NCBI RefSeq assembly: GCF_028641065.1
Contig: NC_073404.1
Span: 13,950,001-14,014,000, forward strand
DNA from: Leucoraja erinacea
Lineage: Eukaryota
Direction of reading: 5' to 3'
Length of the DNA stretch: 64,000 nucleotides
The position numbers and the translations under genes were made by a program. Under the pieces are notes generated by a model. The model was given only the letters and a program-made list of their open reading frames with translations, made no database searches and was not told the DNA's origin. Shown here piece after piece: positions 24,701-35,313 of this stretch (position 1 is the stretch's first letter; every line of letters starts with the position of its first letter).

Positions 24701-27700
24701 GCTCATGGTCCCCTGAATAATCCCCAGTAGTGGTCTATTTCTGTGATCTCAGTTATCACCCAACTGTTGGTAGTGAATAAGAGTGAACTTCTCCCCTCCT
24801 TTTCTTCCTCGAAATAATCTACTTCCTGACGCTAAACTGTACTTACTATAGAGTCATACAGCACGGAAACAGGCCCTGTGCCCCACCTTGCCCATGCCGA
24901 CCAAGTTGCCCCATCTACCTACACTCATCTCACCTGTCCACATTTGGCACTAAACCTTTCCTATCCATGTACCTGTGAAATGCAGAATATTTGTTTGAGT
25001 GCAATATTTAGTGATCAAAGTACAAAGAGGCTGCCTGGCCTGCTTTATACAGTTCTGATTTCTGCCATTCTGGGTTTCAACTCCAGAGTCCTCAGTCTTT
25101 TCCAATGTAGTGAACAATCTTTACTGTTCTCGCACAGTGCCTCTGATTAATTTAATATTTCATTTTCTTTTCAGTGGCAGCCACATCATTCACCATATTG
25201 AAGGTTTGGACAGCAAAGTTGTTGAGGTGATGTTTAATATCTTTGGTCCTTTTAATGTTATGAAACGTGTGTGATTCTGAAATTGTGGAAGAAAAATATC
25301 TTGAAACATTGAACAAAGAATTGCCATCGTTTCTAACTTATGTAATTGTTAATCTATATTACTAAATCTCTGATCTTGACCGCTTTTGGCCGACTGTGCT
25401 GCGATGTCTGAGAGAACGCCGCCACCTACGGCCGTCATTTTTGGCCACCTCACTTAGTGTCCCCCTCTGCCGTATGAGTGCGGTGGATTTTTTCTGTCGA
25501 TGAAAAATGAGAGAGATATTAATGTTTTTACAAAATTCTTCATTCTCTCTGCTGCCCCCACTGGCGGCAGGGGGAGGGACTATAAAACCAGGAAGTGTCG
25601 TGCCTCACTCAGTCTCTGCCAGACCCAGGAAGCGAGAGGGTCAGGCAGAGACGGAGCTGCGAATAACACGGAACGCACGTCTACTCCACGGTGAAAAAAC
25701 GCACGTCTACCCACCTTTTTTTAACAAGTTTGTGTTCACAAAATGAATTTTGGTTATCGGGTGGCTGCAGCCCAATTGTTTGCCTTGGCTTGGCTTTTAA
25801 AATCGTTGCAACATTTGGATGCCTGCCCAAGCATCCATACGGCCCACAATATCTATACTAGCCCTCTGGAAACCAATACCTTCGGTCCGCAACATCCATA
25901 CCATACTAGAGCAACAGACAGCTCCCCCCCCCCCCCCCCCCCCCCCACTGGTGAGCAGTATTGGAATTAGTGGAGAGGTGGAATATTGCATTGGTGACCA
26001 GCCCTCCCGTGTGATGCTGGGACCCAACGGGTCCCACTTAGTCTAGTTGTTTACTAAAGTGCTGCTTCTGGTTCTGACTTGGTAATGGTTCCTTTGAACC
26101 ATGTACCACTCGTTAGGAATGATAAGACTGTTCTAGTGAGAATCTTATTTCCATGCAATGGAGGCCTAAGTTCAGGATTTTGGCTCTTGTGTGAATGATT
26201 TATGAAGAAGCTAAGCTCAAATACTGGAACTTTTCAAAAATGTGTTTTTTCAGTGCAGATGTTCACATCTTTGAGCACAGGTCATTTTTCTCTGAACTTG
26301 TCGAGGTTCTTTAATTTGTCCTGGGCGCTTTGACAATTTATCCATGTCTGGCACAACTCATGCCCCGCTCCATGAGATACAGCAATCCATCTGCCCGCCT
26401 GCCTCCTGTCTGCATTTGTGGCCTGTTCAAACTTATCAGACCATTTACTCATTCATCAAGCCATGCATTCATCAATCCTCCACATGTCCTGCAAAAGACT
26501 ATACTGCACACTCCCATCTGATCCTAATTCTAGATAGCGCTGCTGACAGCAGCTCCCACCAGTTCGCTGACGATCAAACTACACAGGCAGTAATTTGTGG
26601 ATTTGATTTATGATGCTTCATTTGAACAGGGCATATCTGGATAACATTCCACTTTATCATGTGCGTGCAGGTGTTTTGTCAATACCGGGATAGCTTGGTT
26701 GCAGTTGCAGCTTGTTCTGGAGCACGATTATTATTATTATATCGGCTTTGCTGCGCAGCATTGGCTGTTGAGAATGCTTGAATCTTGCCTTTTGTACTCG
26801 TGCCCTGTGCCCCACAACATGGGATTTTCTGGAAGCCTCTTTCTTTTGCTAGCTGTTTAGTAGCTGACACCATTCAAGGAACGGCAGATCTTTGAACCAT
26901 TGGATGTGGGGTCAGTGCACTGCTTTGCCAGGTTCCAACCGACTGTCATGAACTGGAGTTTTTAAGAAGGAACTGCAGATGCTGGAAAATCGAAGGTACA
27001 CAAAAATGCTGGAGAAACTCAGCGGGTGCAGCAGCATCTATGGAGCAAAGGAAATAGGCAACGTTTCGGGCCCAAACGGCCCGAAACGTTGCCTATTTCC
27101 TTTGCTCCATAGATGCTGCTGCACCCGCTGAGTTTCTCCAGCATTTTTGTGTACCTGTCATGAACTGGAGTTGGTCGACAAGAGATGTTGGCAGATTACA
27201 AGATATGTAGAAATAAATTCCACTGCAACACGTTTTCTTCAGCACCCAGCAGATGCCCGATTTTCAGTGAAAGATGCACCAGCTTCTCTCTGCGTGTATC
27301 TTGTTGAGGACAGGACATGCTCTGGGACTGAGGTGGTTCTGACGCAATGATTCTGTCACAAGGGTTTCGGAAGGTTGACCCTTGGATGTTTGTCTGAAAT
27401 CATTTCTTTATATGTTCCAGCAGTGGTTTTGAGACATCTCAGAGGATCGTCATGTGCCAGCTACATTACCTCCCTGGAGAGGAGGAGGTTGAGAGATCAG
27501 CTGATAGAAGAGTAAAAGATTATGAGAGACATTGGGTAAATAGACCCTATCCTTTTCCCATGATAGGGGTATCAAAAACAAGGTGGCATAGGTTTAAGGT
27601 GAGAGGAAATAATTTGAAAGTGAATCTAAGAGGAAAGTTTCTTACACAGATTGGTTGATTTCTGGATGTTGCTTCCAGAGAGGGAGGTGGAATCAGATAT

Positions 27701-30700
27701 AATCACCGTTGAGGATACGTTTAATCAAGGAAAAAGAGGATATAGTTCTAATCTTGGCAAATGGGATCAATGTAAATCAACAGTGAGGTTGGTATGGAAG
27801 TGGTGGGCCAAGGAGTCTGTTTCTGTTCTGTACAACTCTATGACTTTTAAAAACAATGTTCTAAAGTTGTGGCATCGGGAACAAAGCTTTTTCAGGAGTG
27901 GAGAAAGGTGGTTGCCATTACTGGTAGTTCTGAAAATGGCTCTTTCAGTGGTTCAACATCAATGTGCGGAGGAGCAAGAGCTCACGTTCTCTCGTTGCCC
28001 ACCTGACCACAAAGTCTAGTAACAGCTGAAATATCCAGAGTCAATAGGCAGAAAAAATCTGAAATTGTGGCACAGACGTACAGGATAAAATAAAGATCAG
28101 TCCTTCTGATACGGTGACTAACTTTGATTCTTTGAGCTGAGGCGATGCCAGAGTTCTGGTGCCGCATGCCTCTAGTTTGCAAACTATTAATCAACGTGCT
28201 GTCTGATTTACAGGTTGCTTGTGGGCAGGATCACAGCCTCTTCAGAACGGACAAAGGCGAAGTGTATTCCTGTGGATGGGGCGTTGACGGACAAACGGGT
28301 GGGGATTTTAATTACCCAGAGTTTGACCTGATCCTTGCAAGATCCGGTTGAACAATTTGTAATATCTCCATGTTTCCATACAAGTAGAAGCAAGTTATTT
28401 GGCCCATCAAGTCCATGCCAACTCAACAAGACAATTCCATTGCCCAACTAAATTTATCAATAACATATTCTACATTTTCCCATCAACTCATTCTTGCATT
28501 CTACCAATTTACATCGACCAATTAGCCTTCTAACCCACTGTCTTTAAGATATGGGAAGAAACCGTGGCGTCCTGGGGAAATCTAACAGTAATTCAGGTGA
28601 TCTAGTAGTTATTCAAAATTGAAGAAACCAGAGCAACATAATGGCGCTGCTACGGTTAAATTTGAGAAAGCGATGTGAAGTTTGTCAGAGCGGGCCTGAG
28701 GGGGGAATGGGGGAAATAGTCTCACATCATTGACCCCGTCCATCCGGGCACATCGGTTGGGAACTGCCCAGCTCGGGATCACCAGTGCCTGGCACAGCTG
28801 GGCAGCCTGGCCGATCCTGTGCACTGGAATCCCAGGATGAGATTCCTAGCTCATGTTATATAGTCTCTCTTAAACCACACATCTCAAGATCCCAAACCAA
28901 CTTTTTCTCATTGCCCAGTATCTGTCCCCCATTTAGGTGTTCGACATACTGATATAACAAGCCATCATGGATACAATCCAGGAAGTCTTCCTTCACATTA
29001 TTATTGCTGATCTGCTTGCACCAATCAATATATTGGTTAAAGTCACGATATTGATTACTGTCCGACCCTTACTCTCTGCATCCTTAATCTCCTGTTTGAT
29101 GCCATTTCCTATATGACACAATTGTTTGGAACCCAGCAGACAACTCCCACCAGTGTTAACCACCACCCGATGATTCCTACCTCCACCCAGACTGATTCCA
29201 CGTCTTCATTGTCTGAACAAATGTGCTTTTTCGCTCCAGCAGTTTTCTCCTTTCTCTCCATTTCCCTCTGTACAACTGTTCTTCCTATCCTAATGGCATA
29301 TATATTTTGTGAAAAGGTTTTCATTAGCTTTGTTTATTGGTATTTACTCTTTTCTTTGTAAGCTCGGTAAGCATTCCCATATTATTCTTTCCTTAGGTCT
29401 TGGTCACAATAGTGCAGTCTCTAAGCCAACCAGGCTGATGGGAGATATTGCTGGAGAGAATATTGTGCAAGTAGCAACATACGGAGACTTCTGTTTGGCT
29501 TTATCCAAAGATGGGGGCGTGTTTGGCTGGGGTAACTCTGAGTATCTGCAGCTTTCTACAGTTACTGAGGCCACGCAGGTAGGCATGGGTTAATATGCAA
29601 CATAAAAGAGTACTGCACAGGAACGGGCTCTTCAGCCCATCATGAATGTGCTGACCACTATGCCAATCTAAGTAATCCCACTGTTTGCAAGTGGTCTACC
29701 TGCCTGTTCATGTGCTTGTCTAAATGCATCTTAAATGTATCTATTGTATCTGCTTCTGTGCCACCAACCCTGCCAGCATGTTCCAGATACATACCACTCG
29801 GTGTATGAAGAAAAAAAACTGGTCATGTAATCTCCTTTAAACTTTCCCCCTCTTACTTTAAATCTATGCCCTTTAGTACTTGACATTTCCACCCTGGGGA
29901 AAAAGATTCTGATTGCCATTTTGATGCCTCTTATAATTTTATATATTTTTATAGGTCAACCCATCAGCCTCTGATGCTCCAGAGAATACAGTGCAAGTTT
30001 GTCCAACCTCTCTTTCCAGCTAATACCCTCTGATCCAGGCAATACCCAGATGAAACTGGGACACAAGTGACTCCATTTGCGGAAAAAAACTGCAGGAGGA
30101 ACTATTCGGACTAGTCTCACATAGAAACACGGACTCTCCCCAGATGCTGCCCAACCCATTGTGTTCCTCCAGCAGTTTTTTTTTATTTTGCTCAATAACC
30201 AGTGAATTTCTTCTGCACCCTCTCCAAAGCCCCAAAGTCCATTGTGGCAACTGGAAACGCATACAATAATCCAAATGTGGCCTAACTAATGTCTTCCTAA
30301 CATGACTTCCTAACTTTTATGCTCAATGCCCCGATCAATGCCCCAATCAATTACCACCCTATCTAATTGTGTTGCCACTTCTATGGAGCTTTAGAATTGC
30401 ACCCAATATCCCTCAGCTCTGAAGGGTCTTGCCATTTTCATTCTTTCCTTTTGTATTTGACCTTCCATTGTACAACACCTCTCAAGTGTCTGGAATAATT
30501 TCCATCTGCCATTTATTTGCCCTCATTTCCACCTGATCCATATCCTGCTCTATGCATTGACAACCTTCCTTGTTATCACAACACCAATTTTCATGCCATC
30601 TGCAGACTTACTAATCAGCCCACCTACATTTTCACGTGGATCATTAATGTATATAGTCATAAATCGGAGCCCCCAGCTCAACAGGTCACAGATCTCCGGT

Positions 30701-33700
30701 TAAAGAAACACCCCTCCACTACAATCCCGTCTTCTGTGACCAAACCAATTTTGTGTCCAACTTACCAATTCACTAAATCCCATGACTTATTATTCTTGAC
30801 CAACATACTTTGAGGGACCTTGTCAAATGCTTTACTGGAGTTCATGTAGACAGCATCCACTGCCCTCATCAATCATCTTGGTCACTTCCTCAAAAACTCG
30901 AATCAGATTTGAGCCAGGACCTCCCACACCCAAAGCCATGCTGACTATGTCTAATAGGTCTATGCTTTTCTAAACGCGAGTACATTTTATTTTGAAGAAT
31001 CTTCTCCAGAAATTTACCAACCACCTATTAGAGTAAGAGGTTCTTGCATCAGGCCCTTCAGCCTCCACATCCTTGCCAACCATCGAGTACCTCATGGACA
31101 AATGGTCTGATTTGTTTTGGGTGAGGGGTTGAGTCCTTTGATGGTATAAGCTGTTTTTTTTTTTTAATTTTGCAGTGCTTAAAAATAATGTAATTGAGGA
31201 ACTTGCGACTTGTACATTATTGTTTTGATGGCTAACATTTATTGCCTTTATTTCCAGTCAAAGATGTGATTTTTTTCTTCTTTACAACTTCTCTTATAGT
31301 ATAACTATGAATTGCAAAATGATTTTTTTTAATTGTTTTTGTTCAATTGTTTCTTTGTCTGAGTAAAATCCACATCCACATAACCCCTGGAATGCTCCCA
31401 GTGTTTTGAGTGCAATCACAGTATTTGAGACTGATCCCAGGCACACAGGCAGGTTAGTCAATGGGAAAGCGGTGTTGAAAGGTCTGGAGGGCGTTCCTGG
31501 TTTCTGGGACATGGTGACAAGAGTGTGGGGTAGAGCTGAAGCCTCGGCTGTGGTCATTTGGATGTATTTAAAGCATGACTTCCGCCCTCTAAGTTTAACT
31601 TGTTTTTGCAGGTGAATGTGCCAAAACAGCTCCCGTTTAAAGGACTTGGGAGGGTAAAGTCCGCGGCGTGTGGTGGAACTCATGCTGCCGTCCTCAATAG
31701 TAAGTTGTCATCTTGTGTAACAGTGTGTTCTGTCCACTTCCACATCCTGCTTCATTCCATATAATGGGTTTGTGCGTTAGGGATGGGTTCAACGTACCCA
31801 TAGGAGCGAAATTAGGTGTGATAAGTGTCCCTGTGGTTCAGAGTCCATTCTGATTCAGAGCCACCTATTAATTTGCCATATTAGCTCAGAACTTGTCAAA
31901 ATTGCAAACCCATCATAACTAATCCAAAAATGGTACTGCCAGGGTTTTGTTGGGGTCTCAAATGTAGGACTGCAGTCTTAATATACTCACCACCAGCAAT
32001 GATCCTTTTCTCTCCTCTGGTCCACTGGGTCCCTTCAGTTGCTAAATATCTACAAGTGTTTGTAAGAGTATCCATGCTCTCTGAACATCCCTCTGTCTTG
32101 CCAAGAATGTTCCTTTGCTGTTTGCAGGTGACGGCAATGTCTTTGTGTGGGGTTACGGGATTCTGGGGAAAGGATGTAACCTCTCCGAGTCCAGACTGCC
32201 GGAGATGATTCCACCAACACTGTTTGGCTGCACTGAATTCACGCCCCAAGTGCGAGTTGACAGCATCGGCTGTGGGCTCCATCATTTTGCTGCCATCACC
32301 AGTGAGTATCGAGTAAGCACTCGAGGTGCTGGAACAATGTTGCTACATTTTGTTTTTCGCTTTGGCATCTGATCACGTTACAAGTTCCCATCATCTCACA
32401 CTTGCACACGTCTCTGTCTGTATCTCTGAAGCCAACAACCTCAGCCAGTGGTTCCTTGAATTGTAGGAATATTCATGAGTGGGCAAAGCGCCATTGTCTA
32501 TGAACTAATCCCAAAGTCGAGGCCTATCACCCCTCTAGTAAACATCATTCAGCTACCCACCCTTGCATTGCTGATAAAATCAGTGTGCATTGATTCCCCA
32601 GCTCCTAATCACACTTTCACCTCCATTTCCACAAACACCTTTTCCTGTTTTTCAGCTGGTTTTCAATTCATCTTTCAGTCCGTCATCTGCTCTGTGTCGT
32701 GTTTTCCAGTCTCCTAGGTTGAAAGCCACAATGATACTAGACACAATCTTTCTTGAAATGTAAAGAAAGCAATTCCTAAGGTTTGTGGCCAGAGAGCGAC
32801 AGTAAATAATAAATAAATAAATAGGTTGCACCGTGTTTGATCGTCATTGCCCACTGGGTTCCCCAAGTAGTTGATAACAGCACAGATTGTACCATTTGTT
32901 TAATAATCCACTGGTGATGCTGCCTTTGTGTTGCAGATCGTGGTGAGCTGTTTGTATGGGGCAAGAACCTGCGAGGTTGCCTTGGCATTGGGAGGACAGA
33001 CGATCAATACTTCCCCTGGAGGGTAGGTTCACCGGGAACACAAACTGTGGTATTAATTCTGATCACTTCTGTGGCACGATCACGGAATCCAGCCTGGCTA
33101 GCAAAGTGAAATCAAAACACATTCCCTTGAAGAAACATCACAGTCCTCCCAATGAATCTCCAAGGACAGCCACAGAGGGCTGATAAATTAATTGATCTCC
33201 TCTCATCTATAGATTGTAAACGTTAATGTTTCAACATACGGTGCCCAAAGAATGTTTATGTTTTGAAGGGGAACAGTGATGCCAGCAGAGATTAACTAAC
33301 GCTCATTGTCAACCATGAGTACTGTGTTCAGTTTGAAGCCTTGATAAATCTCCTGATACTCTCGGAACCATTTTCATTTCATACATGGTTGTTGTCTGAA
33401 GTCACTTCAAATTTCAACACAGAAATCCAGTTTATTGTCACTTGGACCATGTGTGCAGCTGAGCTCCTCTGGGAGTTTCACATCCCTCTCTCCAAACACA
33501 GCTTTCACCTGCCTCGTGGAGCTCGAGAGTTGGGGGGTGGTCGGGAACCAGTGCTGAGAGAGGATGGATGATTGTGCCTTGGTATTTCATGTGTCAGCGG
33601 CTGCCTGATTGTCCATGTATTTCATATCGCTGTACCCGGCTGATTGTACGTGTCCGAGTGTTTCAAGTGACGGTGTCTGGCTGATTGTACGTGTCTGTGT

Positions 33701-33785
33701 GTTTCAGGTGACCGTGCCCGGTGAGGTTGTGGACGTGGCTTGTGGTGTCGACCACATGGTGGCAATAACAAAATCATTAATCTGA
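21379..33785 (+). CDS. RCC1L: RCC1-like G exchanging factor-like protein (WBSCR16), mitochondrial; 11 exons, 456 aa
   Basis: Exons 21379-21678, 22804-22933, 23238-23366, 24099-24165, 25175-25226, 28214-28298, 29397-29578, 31612-31699, 32128-32301, 32937-33022, 33708-33785; total 1371 nt, open frame, all GT-AG. RCC1 repeats: VFVWGF, ACGYGF, VSCGRAHSL, GNNAYGQCG, VACGQDHSL, VACGVDHM. Arg-rich N-terminal presequence; CpG island over exon 1. Confidence 0.95.
22385..22740 (-). mobile_element. Rex1-like LINE fragment
   Basis: Minus-strand peptides FFLRRIRKFGMS and LPLGRRYKSLKAH...FRNNFFP. A related plus-strand copy is at about 42320-42900. Confidence 0.6.
25353..26046 (+). mobile_element. Non-autonomous Helitron
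   Basis: A|TCTATATTACTAA 5' end; subterminal hairpin GGGACCC-aac-GGGTCCC at 26019-26035; CTAG|T 3' end; no TSD. Confidence 0.82.
26961..27156. mobile_element. Young Penelope pLTR insertion forming a perfect 79-bp inverted repeat
   Basis: Arms 26994-27072 and 27078-27156, spacer CAAAC; 18-bp direct repeat CTGTCATGAACTGGAGTT at 26943-26960 and 27155-27172. Confidence 0.88.
27470..27845 (+). mobile_element. CR1 LINE 3' fragment
   Basis: Peptide KTRWHRFKVRG...LRGKFLTQ, typical of the CR1 ORF2 C-terminus. Confidence 0.65.
29610..30980 (-). mobile_element. CR1 LINE fragment with a small Penelope-type insert
   Basis: Minus peptides TKGHRFKVRGGKFKGD and ERLDKLALYSLE; RT-region remnant near 30800-30960. 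Confidence 0.7.
33567..33719 (+). repeat. Degenerate 35-41-nt tandem repeat spanning the RCC1L last-exon acceptor
   Basis: Units ggctgattgtacgtgtccgagtgtttcaagtgacggtgtct (33638) and ggctgattgtacgtgtctgtgtgtttcaggtgaccgtgccc (33679), plus two older units at about 33567 and 33603. Confidence 0.8.
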
Positions 33786-35159
33786 CCGCACAACATCCCT
33801 GGTTCTCTGCAGAAACTGATTCAAGTATTCGCCTTGAATTTCACTATGTAGGCTTGACTTCAACAAGTTATTGGACAAGATGTGGGCTTCTGTTGTAACT
33901 CTTCACAATGGGCCTTAATGTGTCTGTTGCGCGTTCAGATTGAAAGATGTGACTGGCTCTCTGTGTCTGTCCCTCAATCTGCCCATGTTACCTTTTGGCA
34001 GAGGCTCAAATTGTTTCCTTTGCTGGGAGGAATATTCAACTTAATGAGTGTGCTGTGAGCTTAATGCTGCAGCGTTAGTAACAATGTTGACCAGTCAGTG
34101 TTATCCCTGATCACACTGGGATTTTTATCGTAACCAATCACAGTGGCAAACTGGCTTCTTTGGGAAGGGTGAGTTGGTGAGGTCACACTTGGCGATACGG
34201 ATGCAGTTTTAGACTCTTGTTTAAGAAATAGCATCCCAACATAAGAGGCATCCAGAAAAGCTACACTTGGCCAATTCATGTGAACGAGAGGGTTCTATCC
34301 TGAGCAGGCAAAAAAAAATCAACCTGTTTTTTGGTTTAGAAGATTGAGGGGAGATGTTAGTGAAATGGGTAAGATCAAGAAGGGTGTGACAAGGTAAATA
34401 TAAAGGTGTTTGCACCAGTAGGAGAATCTTGAATGAGGAAATGTTGCAAGGTGAGGGAGATCATTTTCAGATCAGATCCTTTGGTACATAAGAATTTCCT
34501 TTGGCAGAGTCTGGCGAATCTTTAATTCCTTCCTTGAGGTGTTTTCCAGGCTGAATGCTTGGAAATAGTTAAAGAGGAAGTAGATGTTTTTTTGATACCG
34601 TGGGAGATTGAGGACTGCCTAGACCTGACACAGAGGAGGAGTTGATGCATGTGTTATATCCATGGATCCATGAACATATTGAAAGGTGGGGCAGCTGGTG
34701 CTTCTATTCTCCTGTGTTCTCTGTGGAGAGGGCTGTCAGGCCGAGTCTATGCTCCCCTGAGTTGAGATGAATGAGGGCTGATCTCATTGGATTGTCCAAG
34801 ATTTTTACGGGGCTAGACAGGGCAGCTGCATTAATGGCGCGTCGTTGCTGGGGTAACCATAACCAGGGCAAGCAGTTTCAGGAACAGGGCTGAAGAGGAG
34901 AGATTTTTTTCACCCAATGTCTGAATATTGGACGGTGATGGATATCACAGTCACAGTGCTGGTCGAATAGCGCAGCAGAGCGAGGGGCCGAACGGACTAC
35001 TGCAACTTATATTATTTTTGTATCCTCCTGTAATTATCAACCAAAAAATAAAAAAAAATAGAGAGGACGCCAGATAAAGAACAATTGTCATCTGTTTCTG
35101 AGTTGGTGACCAAGAAATTAACAAGCAAACCTAACAAACTGTTTCTCTGACAACATAAT

Positions 35160-35313
35160 ACATCTGACCGTCGCTGCAAGAGCGGTGTCTGAAGCCGCGC
35201 CCTGACATCACAGTGAATGAGTGAGGACGCACAGACTGAGTGATCCCCGCCCACGCCCGGCCCCGCTTGACCCAGCTCCAGTTCGGGCCTCGCCCGCTAC
35301 CACCTCCGGGAAC
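35160..35313 (+). promoter_or_regulatory. CpG-rich promoter of the NUPR-like gene with ATF/CRE-like and GC-box motifs
   Basis: TGACATCA at 35203-35210; GC box CCCCGCCC at 35244-35251. Confidence 0.45.

Noticed and set aside
33567-33719. CRISPR-like repeat array
   Set aside because: Eukaryotic context, degenerate units without unique spacers, and no cas genes.
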